From contig JBHGNT010000002.1 of assembly GCA_043228905.1 (NCBI GenBank), positions 18,104,001 to 18,168,000 on the forward strand: a stretch of 64,000 nt of DNA. Reading direction: 5' to 3'. The first letter of the stretch is position 1; each line of letters begins with the position of its first letter. This stretch comes from Azolla caroliniana (Eukaryota; Plantae; Polypodiophyta). The position numbers were made by a program, and so were the translations under genes. The notes beneath the pieces were generated by a model. It was not told where the DNA came from, made no database searches, and saw only the letters and a list, made by a program, of their open reading frames with translations. Below, piece by piece: positions 24,001-33,242 of this stretch.

Positions 24001-26448
24001 AGGATCCGGCCGAAGACGGTGAAGAAACAGAACCGGCCGAGGAAGATGAAACTGATACCGGAACCGGCCCCGATCCCGAAATGGATTCGGATGAAGAGGA
24101 AACGGAGGAGCCGGTTACCGAAGCTCCGGAACGGAGATATCCTCTAAGAGAGAGAAGGGCCCCCCGGAGATTTCCGGAACCAGAGCACGTGCTGCTAACC
24201 GACGAGGGGGAGCTGGAGAGCTTTGAAGAAGCAAAACTTGACACCCATAGCCGCAGGTGGTTAAGTGCCATGCAGGAGGAGATGGTTTCCCTGCATGAGA
24301 ACCACACATATGAACTTGTGGAGTTGCCGAAAGGAAAGCGGGCACTTCGAAACAAGTGGGTGTTCAAGCTGAAACCGGGAGATGCCGGAAACCCCCCGAG
24401 ATACAAAGCCAGGATCGTGGTGAAGGGGTTCCAGCAGAAGAAGGGCGTCGACTTCGACGAGATATTTGCCCCTGTAGTGAAGATGACCTCCATCCGGACG
24501 ATGCTGAGCATAGCGGCAAGCATGGATCTCGAGGTAGAACAGATGGACGTGAAGACGGCATTCCTTCACGGTGACCTCGAAGAAGAGATCTACATGCAGC
24601 AACCGGAAGGATTCGAGAAGAAAGGGAATGAGCACCTGGTATGCCGGTTGAAGAAGAGCCTTTATGGACTGAAGCAGGCTCCCCGGCAATGGTACCGGAA
24701 GTTTGACTCTTCTTTCATGACCGACGAAGGGTACCACAAAACGCAGTCCGATCACTGCGTGTTTGTGAAGAAGTTCGAAGGAGGAGACTTTCTAATACTC
24801 CTCCTGTACGTGGACGACATGTTGATCGTCGGACGGGACCAGGTCAAGATACGGATGCTGAAGAAAGCACTCCACCGAACCTTCTCAATGAAGGACCTGG
24901 GTCCGGCGAGGCAAATACTAGGGATGCACATCATCCGGGACCGGAAGAAGAAGCAGTTGTGGCTGTCACAGGAGAAGTACGTGACAAAGGTGCTTCACCG
25001 GTTCAACATGTCGGAAGCAAGACCGGTCGGGTCAACACTCCCGGCAAACTGCAAGCTGTCCAGCAAGCAAAGCCCCAAGACAAAGGCTGAGAAGGAGGAC
25101 ATGATAAAAGTACCATATGCCTCTGCCGTCGGGAGCTTGATGTACGCAATGGTGTGTACAAGACCGGACATAGGATATGCAGTCGGAGTGGTGAGCCGGT
25201 ACATGAGCAATCCCGGCAAAGAGCATTGGAACGCAGCCAAGTGGATACTCCGATACCTGAAGGGCACGGCAAACGTGTGCCTCCGATTCGGCTCCGGTAA
25301 GCCCGAGCTCGACGGCTTCACCGATTCGGATATGTCGGCTGATGCAGATACCAGCCGGTTCACATCAGGGTATGTGATGACGTATGCAGGGGGAGCTGTT
25401 TCATGGCAGTCGAGGCTGCAGAAGACGGTTGCGTTGTCAACCACGGAGGCGGAGTACATGGCGGCTGTTGAAGCCGGCAAGGAAATAATATGGATGAAGG
25501 ACTTCATTAGAGAGCTCGGGATCCGGCAGGAGGAGTACCGACTCTACTGCGATAGTCAGAGTGCCATCCACCTTGCGAAGAACGCGGCCTATCACTCCCG
25601 GACGAAGCACATCCAGCGAAGATATCACTGGATCCGGGAAAGGATAGAAGACAAGGAGTTCGTGCTGACGAAGATTCACACGGACGAGAACGGGTCGGAT
25701 ATGCTGACCAAGGTGCTCACACCCGACAAGCTGGAAGCATGCCGGAAGAGGATCGGATTGGAGAGACATCCCATGCCGAAGTGAAGGGGGAGTTTGTTGG
25801 GATTTTCGGTCCCTCCGGATGGGATGTCCGGAGATGAATGACGGCAAGCCCGGTTGCGGTTACGGAACCGGATGATGAAGAGTACCCGGCATGAAGCCGG
25901 ATGAAGAGTACCCGGATACGGATCCGGATGATGAAGACCCCGGTTACGGAGCCGGATGACGAATGTACCCGGAGAGAGATCCGGATGCGGGGACATATTT
26001 GTGAATATGTTTGCCAAGGGCCCTTGAGGCTACGTTTGTAAATAAGCCCGAAAGTCATATGTGTATAAATATGACTTAGGGCAACCAGTTTTTATGTTGC
26101 TACTCATTTTTTTCTGTTTTTCCACTCAAGAGGAGTGAAGAGAGAGCAGCCGTGAGAGAGATAGAGCGTGAGAGAGGAAGAGGTCGACGCCTCTGTGTAA
26201 TTCCGCCGCCTGTGGCGAGGACAGCGAGCTCAAGGTCGTCGCCTTGCAGCTCGCCATTGTATATTTCTCTGTGCATAGTTTTGGTTCGGAGTCTTGTACT
26301 CCCGTGGTTTTTCCCGTACAGGGTTTTCACGTTAAATCGTGTGTCCACTCTATTTTTCGCATTTCCCATTTTCTGCAACAACGATTCGTGTGTTTCCTTG
26401 GTTGCGGCCGAGAGGTGAAGTTTGGAAAGGGACGATTTTTTTCCATCA
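21023..26448 (+). mobile_element. Full-length Ty1/copia (Tork/Tnt1-like), recent insertion
   Basis: 654-bp LTRs 21023-21676 and 25795-26448 (~5 differences); perfect TSD GTCTT; PBS TGGTATCAGAGC (tRNA-iMet) 21680-21691; PPT GAAGGGGGAG. Confidence 0.98.
21708..25784 (+). CDS. Copia Gag-Pol polyprotein (1358 aa from the first ATG after the PBS)
   Basis: CFHCGKPGHFRKNC, WVVDSGAS, integrase core (HTDVC..ADNGG..GLAERMN), RT YVDD, RNase H (TEAEY, CDSQSA). Confidence 0.95.
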   Translation: MEGGGSGQPGMMVLNAQNYADWKIKMEDLLIVRDLYEPIDRAEIPKGVLESEWRLLNRKAVATIRQYVDVSVLQHVANDTNAYEMWRKLSGLYERKNALNRTSLMRKIVNLKYRDGESMVEHVSTFMGFVNQLAAIKFPLEDAMQAIILMCTLPDSWENLVVTLSTSCTEDNLSLQTVKTSILNEEARWRDKEPASDSKALLTESERGRQWNWSPQRREKSGTRSQSRGRPTCFHCGKPGHFRKNCRHYRKDNGADDTDSKKSPERNGAYRGATDRRGPDRRGQDRKGTTALAASEEEIMLITEEGELNIADDGTTWVVDSGASFHLTSERRYFSSYTAGEHGCVRMGNEGTCRIAGIGDVWLTTSTGCKMLLKDVRHVPEVRLNLISAGRLDDEDYTGSIRNGVMKFSKGSLIVARAQKVNTLYLMNARLCPEELNVAADTAGELWLKRLCHMSEKGMKRLAEDNLIPVKHVHLEKCTDCLAGKQNRTSFHSRPPTRRSVPLELVHTDVCQVETKSHGGAQYFVTFIDDHSRKLWTAPLKTKDQVLSVFKELHARVERESGKKLKAIRADNGGKYRGQFAEYCRSKGIRLEFTVPKTPELNGLAERMNRTIMERVRSMLAHAKLTKGFWAEAMSTATYVINRSPSVPLDGDTPPRVWTGKEVSYRHLKVFGCLAYVHVAKDRRGKLDPKTRPCIFLGYGDDEFGYRVWDPVDKKIFRSRDIIFMEDNTLADSESEKKMKSSKSTGEDQLYEEQSRPARDRLALEDPAEDGEETEPAEEDETDTGTGPDPEMDSDEEETEEPVTEAPERRYPLRERRAPRRFPEPEHVLLTDEGELESFEEAKLDTHSRRWLSAMQEEMVSLHENHTYELVELPKGKRALRNKWVFKLKPGDAGNPPRYKARIVVKGFQQKKGVDFDEIFAPVVKMTSIRTMLSIAASMDLEVEQMDVKTAFLHGDLEEEIYMQQPEGFEKKGNEHLVCRLKKSLYGLKQAPRQWYRKFDSSFMTDEGYHKTQSDHCVFVKKFEGGDFLILLLYVDDMLIVGRDQVKIRMLKKALHRTFSMKDLGPARQILGMHIIRDRKKKQLWLSQEKYVTKVLHRFNMSEARPVGSTLPANCKLSSKQSPKTKAEKEDMIKVPYASAVGSLMYAMVCTRPDIGYAVGVVSRYMSNPGKEHWNAAKWILRYLKGTANVCLRFGSGKPELDGFTDSDMSADADTSRFTSGYVMTYAGGAVSWQSRLQKTVALSTTEAEYMAAVEAGKEIIWMKDFIRELGIRQEEYRLYCDSQSAIHLAKNAAYHSRTKHIQRRYHWIRERIEDKEFVLTKIHTDENGSDMLTKVLTPDKLEACRKRIGLERHPMPK

Positions 26449-26453
26449 GTCTT

Positions 26454-28535
26454 TTGGCATATTTTGGTCTCTTACTTTTGCCGCATTCTGTTCATTGGCC
26501 TCCTTGATCCATTGTGTCGCTTGTTTTCTGATTGCCTCCTGGGCTTCCCACTCAGCGGTCTTTCCCTTTGACCGGGTTGTGACCTGCTGTACTTCTGTTA
26601 TTTCGGCTGTAACCATGTTGACTTCCGGCTGCTTGTCATAGCTTTTGCTTGGGCATTGGTTACTATAGTGGCCTTCCTTACGGCAGTAATAACAGTACAC
26701 CTTGTGACTGTTGCTCGTTTCTCCTTTGTCCCCGGTTTGGAGAGTGGGTATGCTCCGGCGGTCGTCTTCGGTTTTTCGGTTATCCGGTACCGATACCAGG
26801 TTGTCATTCCTTGCTGCCTCCCGACGTTCCTCTCTTCGGAAAAATCCACGCTTCCGATTCCGTCGGAAATTTCGGTTCCCTTGTCGCCTCTCTTCTCTAC
26901 GTCGGTCGTATTCCGGGGATTCGTCTCGGTCGTACCGGTCCCGGGGGTAGCTATCTTTGCGTCTCTCCTCTCGGTCATAGTTATCGCGTCTTCTATCAGC
27001 GTATCCTTGTCGCCTCTCTTCTCTGCGTCGGTCGTCTTCCGGGGATTCGTCTCTGTCGTACCGGTCCCGGGGGTAGCTATCTCTGCGTCTCTCCTCTCGG
27101 TCATAGTTGTCGCATCTTCTATCAGCGTATCTGTTACCGCGTTCGCTTGGTAGCGGTCGTCTCTCCGGAATCGATCCTCGTCCGGGTTCTGATTGCGCGG
27201 TTCTATGTGTCGAACCGGTGCTACTTGCCGATTTAACAGGTTATATTCGCATCGGTCCGTTGTATGGGCTCGAGAGTTGCAGATCACACATTGTGTCCGC
27301 AGGGTGCAGTCTACTGTTGAGTGCCCCGAATTTAGGCATGTTGTACATTGTAAGGCCTGTCGGAACCTCAGGTCTTCCTCCTTTGGGAGTGCCCGGTGTA
27401 ACATCCCCATCGACAAGAAGGGGCTAGTCTTGTTCATTTCTAAAACCCGATCAATAACTTGGTCCATTGTGCTGGTTTGGAAATCAAGGACTCCGCACAT
27501 TGTTCGAAGTGGCTCTTTCAGTGCGGCCAAAAAGACTGCTTTGGCTTCGTCTTCGGGTGGTGCTCTTGTCAGTTGGCTGTGCAGGGTCTGGAACCGAATG
27601 ATGAATTGTGGCACAGTCTCGTTCTCTTCCTGTCGGGTGGTGTAGAACTGGCCGACCAATTCCCTTTGCTCAAATTGTCTGTGAAAAAACCTGAGGAATC
27701 TGGCCTTCAAGGCATCGAATGTGGCAAAGCTGCCTAGTAAGTGCTTTGCGTGCCATCGGGCCGCTGGTCCTTCTAAGGTTATGCCGAATTCGGCGACTTT
27801 GGATCGTTCGGCTTCGGGCTCCGTCAGTCTTTGGGAGATATGGTTGGCTTCCCATGTTTGGAGGAATGCGTACACGTGTGCCTCCGCGTCGGCCTCATCC
27901 CGATACTTTGGGTATGGGTACGGCATTGTGTCGTCCAACTGACTCTCTTGTTTCCTCCGCTCTCTGTCTGCTGTTGGCGTTGGTGTGAGAACCTTTGGTT
28001 CCTCCGCGGGTGTTGCCGGTGTCCGGTCCGTTGGTTCCTCCGCGGGTGTTGTCGGTATCCGCTCCTTCGGTTCCTTCGCGGTTGTTGTCGGTATCCGGTC
28101 AGCCTTCCTCGGCGATTGCCGGTCACCGAATTCCAGGGTTATTTCTTCCTCTGGCGCCGGTGTTACGGAGTCTTCCGATCCCTCGTCCTCCCGGTCGTTT
28201 GGTGTGTCCTGGCTGCTTTTATACCGGGACGCAACGCTTCCGTCGCTTTCCGACTCCGCCTCAAGTGTTGCGAATGCTTCCGAGTCCCCGTCGCCCGTGG
28301 CGAGCGTCTGCAGTATCATTTCCGCCTCTTGCAGGCTTGTTATGCTACTGCCTTCGTCGGGGATTTGCAGAATCCGTAACTGCAGTGCTTCTTCTGCGAC
28401 TCTCCGAAGAGTTTTGGAGAATGACCGATCCCGCCAGATCTCATCGACGGCTTGCTGCAGGGCTTCCCGTCGTTGCTCGCGTTCTGTGTATCGTCTCCCT
28501 CGTTTAGTGATGTGGTCGTCATTTGGTCTAGACAT
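26454..28535 (-). pseudogene. gag of the Arg-PBS gypsy, frameshifted; three CCHC knuckles and internal 39-bp and 126-bp repeats
   Basis: PYPYPKYRDE..FLQTWE capsid-like; CTTCLNSGHSTVDC, CVICNSRAHTTDRC, CYYCRKEGHYSNQC; reads across the copia TSD (MPKD|EEIIQ). Confidence 0.85.
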
Positions 28536-28587
28536 CCATCCCCCGGTTGTCCTCTACACTTTGCAGGAATCGTGGTCGCCAAAATTG

Positions 28588-28978
28588 TGTTGTCTGTCTG
28601 GCCGGACTAGCCTCAACACAGGTGTCTATCCGACACTTCTCCAAAGGGGTGGTAAGGATTGGATGCTAGGTTACACGCGTAAGATGATTACAATTAAGCA
28701 CAGACGGTAAACAATACGAGATACAGATAAACACGCAATAATTACTATTGTATTACTTTCCGTCCAAACCCTTTACAAATCATCGGATCCTTTTATAGGC
28801 ATCCGGCAAGGTTACAATCGGTGCGCTTAGGCAACCGACATCCGAATCGGTCCGGATCCGGATCGGTACAACTGTACCGGATTCGTCCCTCCGAATAATA
28901 ATTCTACTATTATTTACTTCCTATTATCCGATCCGATTCCGCCTTCCCACTTGTCCTTGCTCTTCTGACCGGCCAACA
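28588..28978 (-). repeat. 5' LTR (391 bp)
   Basis: Direct repeat of 13452-13841; PBS adjacent. Confidence 0.96.
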
Positions 28979-29859
28979 CTTGCCCCACGAGAAGGCAGAA
29001 AAACGGTACCACGGTACCATGGGAGAGGATGCGAAACAAAACGCCCTCTCGACTTGCGGAGATAGAACGGCCGAGGACAAGGCCGAGATACCGATCGCAG
29101 AATCGGAACGTTGGGACCGAAAATTTCGGGCACGTCAGCCCGAGGCTCCAGACATTGGAGAAGCAAGCCCAGGCGGGGCTTGCGCGATCGGTAAGGAGAC
29201 GATCACCGACCACGAGGAGTCGGTGGCTACAGACAAGGCCGAAAATCGGATGGGCGCTTCTTCGCATCTTCCCACACTTGCTCCCGAGGCAATGGCATTC
29301 GGGCCTGAATGCCCACGAGAGTCCCAAGAGGAGGAAGGCGGCGGTGTGAGACCGAGAATCGCTGGCGAGATGATACGAGGAAGGAGTGGATGAAAGCCCT
29401 CGAACCCGATTCCGGAGAACTCGATATTCAAGCCCTTACGCCCATGTGAGACTGAGGAGATGGATGACGGTATTGAGGAGTCCTAGCACGATGCCAGCGA
29501 AGAAGGATGGGAGGTGGCCTGCGAGAAGGTCGACGAAGAGACCAAGAAACGACCTGACCGGGGACCGAACTACGCAACACTCCGAATCGGTTGGAGCGCG
29601 ATCCGATCGTGGATTGTCCGACCGGGGCCAGAATCGGCATGAGGGTGCCGATACGGGAGAGGGTGCGGAATGAGCCGCCCTCTTTTACATGGGGAGAAAG
29701 ACCAACCGGGCGAAGGTCGGGAATCGAGAAGAAGATGATCGAGGGTACGGAACAAGTCCGGCAGGATCAGCATCAGAGCGGAAACTCCGGACATTGGAGA
29801 AACAAGCCCATGTAGGGTTTGATCGATCTAAGGACGGATGCAGAGAATGAAGACCGGTC

Positions 29860-31575
29860 CTATGGGTCACCTCACACCGGATCTAGAGACTTCAGTGGTC
29901 GGCATCGGATCCGACGTAAGACCAAGTTATTGACGGTGGCGGCAGGAAAACGAGACCCGGCAATCCAGAGAATGACGGATGAACCCGGACGAGAACCGGG
30001 CGGACCGGACTTCCAGATAACCATTCCAAAAGGGAGGAAGAGAGCAGGCCTACGAAGAGGCCGGGAACATGGTACGTCGGTACTCCGGGAGAGGGTGTGG
30101 AGCGGCCACCCTCTCAACATGCGGAGAAGGACGACCCGGGAAAGGGTCGGGAAGACGAGAGGCCCAAGGAGGATCCTTCACACCGGATCTAGAGACTTCG
30201 GCAATCGGTAGCGGAGCCGACGTAAGACCAAGAGACTGATGATGGCGGCGAGGGGACGAGGGCAGAAGGCAACGATGGACAGTCCTATGGGTCACCTCAC
30301 ACCGGGCTAGAGACTTTGGCGGTTGGCATCGGATTTGACGTAAGACCAAGATACTGACGGTGGCGGAAGGAGAACGGGACCCGACAATGCAGAGTGACGG
30401 GCGGACCCGGACGAGAACCGGGCGGAGCAGACTTCCAAATAACCGATCCGGAAGGGAGGCAAAGGCAGGCCTACGGAGAGGCTGGAACATGGTACATCAG
30501 TACCACGGGAGAGGGTGTAGAGCGAGCCACCCTCTCAACATGCGGAGAAGGACGACCAAGGAAAGGGTCGGGAAGACAAGAAGCCCAAGGAGGATCCTTC
30601 ACACCGGATCTAGAGACTTCGGCAATTAGCGGCAAAGCCGACGTAAGATTAAGAGACTAACGGTGGCGGCGAGGTGACGAGGGCAAAGGTAGCAAAAGAC
30701 CGGTCCTATGGGATCCTCACACCAATCCGGAGACACTGGCGGTTCAAGCCAACGTGGCAACGTGAGACCGAGTGAGAAGGATGGTGACGGCAGGAAACGG
30801 GAACCAGCGATGCGGAAGTGTGGATGGCCGATCCTACGGCGATCCTCACACCGGATCTAGAGACTTCAGCGATCGGCATCGGATCCGACGTAAGACCAAG
30901 ACACTGATGGTGGCGGCAAGTGAACGTGATCGGACGACGGGTAGCAAAGCGAAAGGAGGTATGAGGCTGGTGAGGTGGCCACGAACTGGATACGAGCCCG
31001 ACTAGCAGGGTCGGCAAGACAAAGATTGGATGCACTTGGTACACGAGTCTGTGACCCAACAAAACGGAGGTCCGAGAAGGATCCTTCACACCTACCCGGA
31101 GACCCCGACTGTTCGGCCGACATGGCAACGTGAGACCGAGGGTAATTGAAGGTGGTGGCAAGGGGACAAAGGTGGCAACAACAGAGGCACCGACCTACCA
31201 AGGTGTTACGAGAACAAAGGAGGCCATGCGGGCCAGGACGCGACAAGGGTGATCTTCCAGTAAGCTATCGGGGACACACGGTTAAGGAGCGGTGTGCGAA
31301 GCCGGGAAGGGCACACCCGAAAGCAGAACGGAAGGCGTGCGTGTGGCACCGAGGGCCAAAGCAAAGCGCGAGTACGGGATGGTGCTCGGCACAGATGGTG
31401 TCGAGCAAGGAAGGCGGAAGACAGCACACGGTGGTGTCGGAAACGAGAACATGGGCGCGCGCAAACAGACTACGCAGAATGGAGGCCGGAACAAGGTAGA
31501 TGGCCGGAGAGGGATCCTCCACACCGGGTCCCAGAGACCTTGGCAGTTCGAGCCGACGTGGCAACGTAAGACCAA
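29860..31575 (+). repeat. GC-rich array: 8 copies of a CACACCGGATCTAGAGACTTC...CCGACGTAAGACCAAG motif, with a ~420-bp higher-order duplication
   Basis: Motif starts at 29873, 30179, 30298, 30600, 30718, 30847, 31087, 31520. Confidence 0.85.
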
Positions 31576-31736
31576 GGAGAAGGAAGGTGGCGGCAAGGGG
31601 ACGACGGCAAGCAGGAGGCTCCAAACCGGTGGCAGCAGCGCGAACGAAAGCGGCCAAGCAGGCTACTATGAGGTGATCCTCGGGCGGAGGACACCGCGTA
31701 TCTGAAGGAACGAGAAGTGTGCATGCGGTCGAGAAG

Positions 31737-32074
31737 TGTGAACTTTCTTGGGGGCCTTGGGTATCGCTATAAATAAGAGGCCTAACTACCCTCATTTGAT
31801 CATCTTGTTGACTACGTCAAGACTTTGTCTTCTGGTGGGTCAACTCTCATAGTTAGCGCGCCAGCACCAGGTACGACTCGACACCACGACGGTGGTATGG
31901 GACGTCGATCGAGGCCACGGAGGTGGTAGGGGATGTCGATCGAGGCTCGAGTCCATATCTATCCCTTCGCTCGGGGGTGGTTGGGTGGATCGGCACCCTT
32001 CTTTCTCTATCTCCTTCTATCTAGATCTATCTTTTATCCTTATTTTATGCTTACATTAGTTCATGTCTCTAATA
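31737..32074 (+). repeat. LTR (TATA-R-U5 part) related to the 1689-2145 LTR
   Basis: TGTGAACTT..CTATAAATAAGAGG..GTCTCTAATA; diverged reverse complement of ~1689-1999. Confidence 0.8.
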
Positions 32075-33242
32075 TGTAGCCATGTGTTTTGGTGAGTACA
32101 TATGTGTCAATCTAGTTGTACCTTGATCACATCAGGATCTACAATCCATTTATGCCCAGTATATGTTAGTACTAGAATTGCCTTATTATGTGTTGGTGTC
32201 TCATTGTCTCGCAATTCAGAGCTTGCGATCCTATTCGGTGTTTCCCTACCTCTTGGGATCAAAGAGCCCTCCTCCTTGTAGCCTATCCATTTCTCCATTG
32301 TCATCCTTTGATTCGCAGCTTCCCTAATCAATAGAGCGTTAATGATTTCATATCTTATAGCCTTTCCGCCCCTAATTCCATGGAGTATGTTGGCTTGGTC
32401 TTGTATTGTCAATGACATAAACCATCTCCAACATTCTATACTTTTTCCAGGACCTTCCACAATGTATCCCCATGATAGCCCCTTACTTGATCCAATTAGT
32501 TGATTAGATTCATCTCGGATACATGGGTTCCATACGATACGTTGACTGAACCAAGCAGGTTTAGAGTTAGGTTGATCGCACTTGAGCCCTTGTCTAATGT
32601 CACACCACGCCTTCCACATGGATGCACCGAATCTATCCTCCAATTGGCGGGAGAAACTAGGTTTGAGATCTATGTTTAGAATACATCTAGTTTGGGGGAG
32701 CCAATTGGCCTCTTTTTTTGGCTTAAAGTAAGCGGAATGTAACCGCAATAGCATTTTCCAGCAATCATTCCCTGGTTGGAATCCTCACACCACAAATTTG
32801 GCAAGTAGGTGTCAGGAACAGTGCTGAGACAGAGAAGGAATTAGTACTAAACGAAGGATTAGTACTATGAGAGGTGTGGAACTTCTTCGAGAGAGAGAAG
32901 GAAGAAGTGAGCGAGACGGAGAGAAAGAGAGAGATCGAGAGAGAGAGTGTGTGATGATAAGAAAGATATGTATTATATGAAGAGAATATACAATGGTGGC
33001 TAAAAGGCTTAAGACTGGCGTTGAACCAATTTGGTTCAACATAATGCCTAGTGCCCTCTTTTATAGTGTTTTCAGGAGTAATCCTGAAGCTTCTAGAATG
33101 TTCCAGAGAAATCTGGAATATACACTTAATTTCTTATAATAAAATGTAAATGAAAATAATATCCTACGTATTACAAGAGATGATCTAATGGTCAAGAGCT
33201 CAACCCATATAACCTAAGATCATGGGTTCGAGTCTTGCCATA

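Larger units (their letters stand above)
13452..28978 (-). mobile_element. Full-length non-chromovirus Ty3/gypsy element with a 3' extra ORF; carries a nested copia
   Basis: LTRs 13452-13841 and 28588-28978 (TGTTG..CAACA, ~5 differences); perfect TSD CTTGC; PBS TGGCGACCACG (tRNA-Arg type) at 28581-28571; gag-PR-RT-RH-INT-extra ORF. Confidence 0.96.

Noticed and set aside
30230-30280. CTGATGA as a hammerhead ribozyme core (retrozyme)
   Set aside because: Present in only one repeat copy, with no stem II + GAAA downstream.
33181-33240. Functional tRNA gene
   Set aside because: No complete cloverleaf or anticodon stem; reported only as tRNA-derived boxes.
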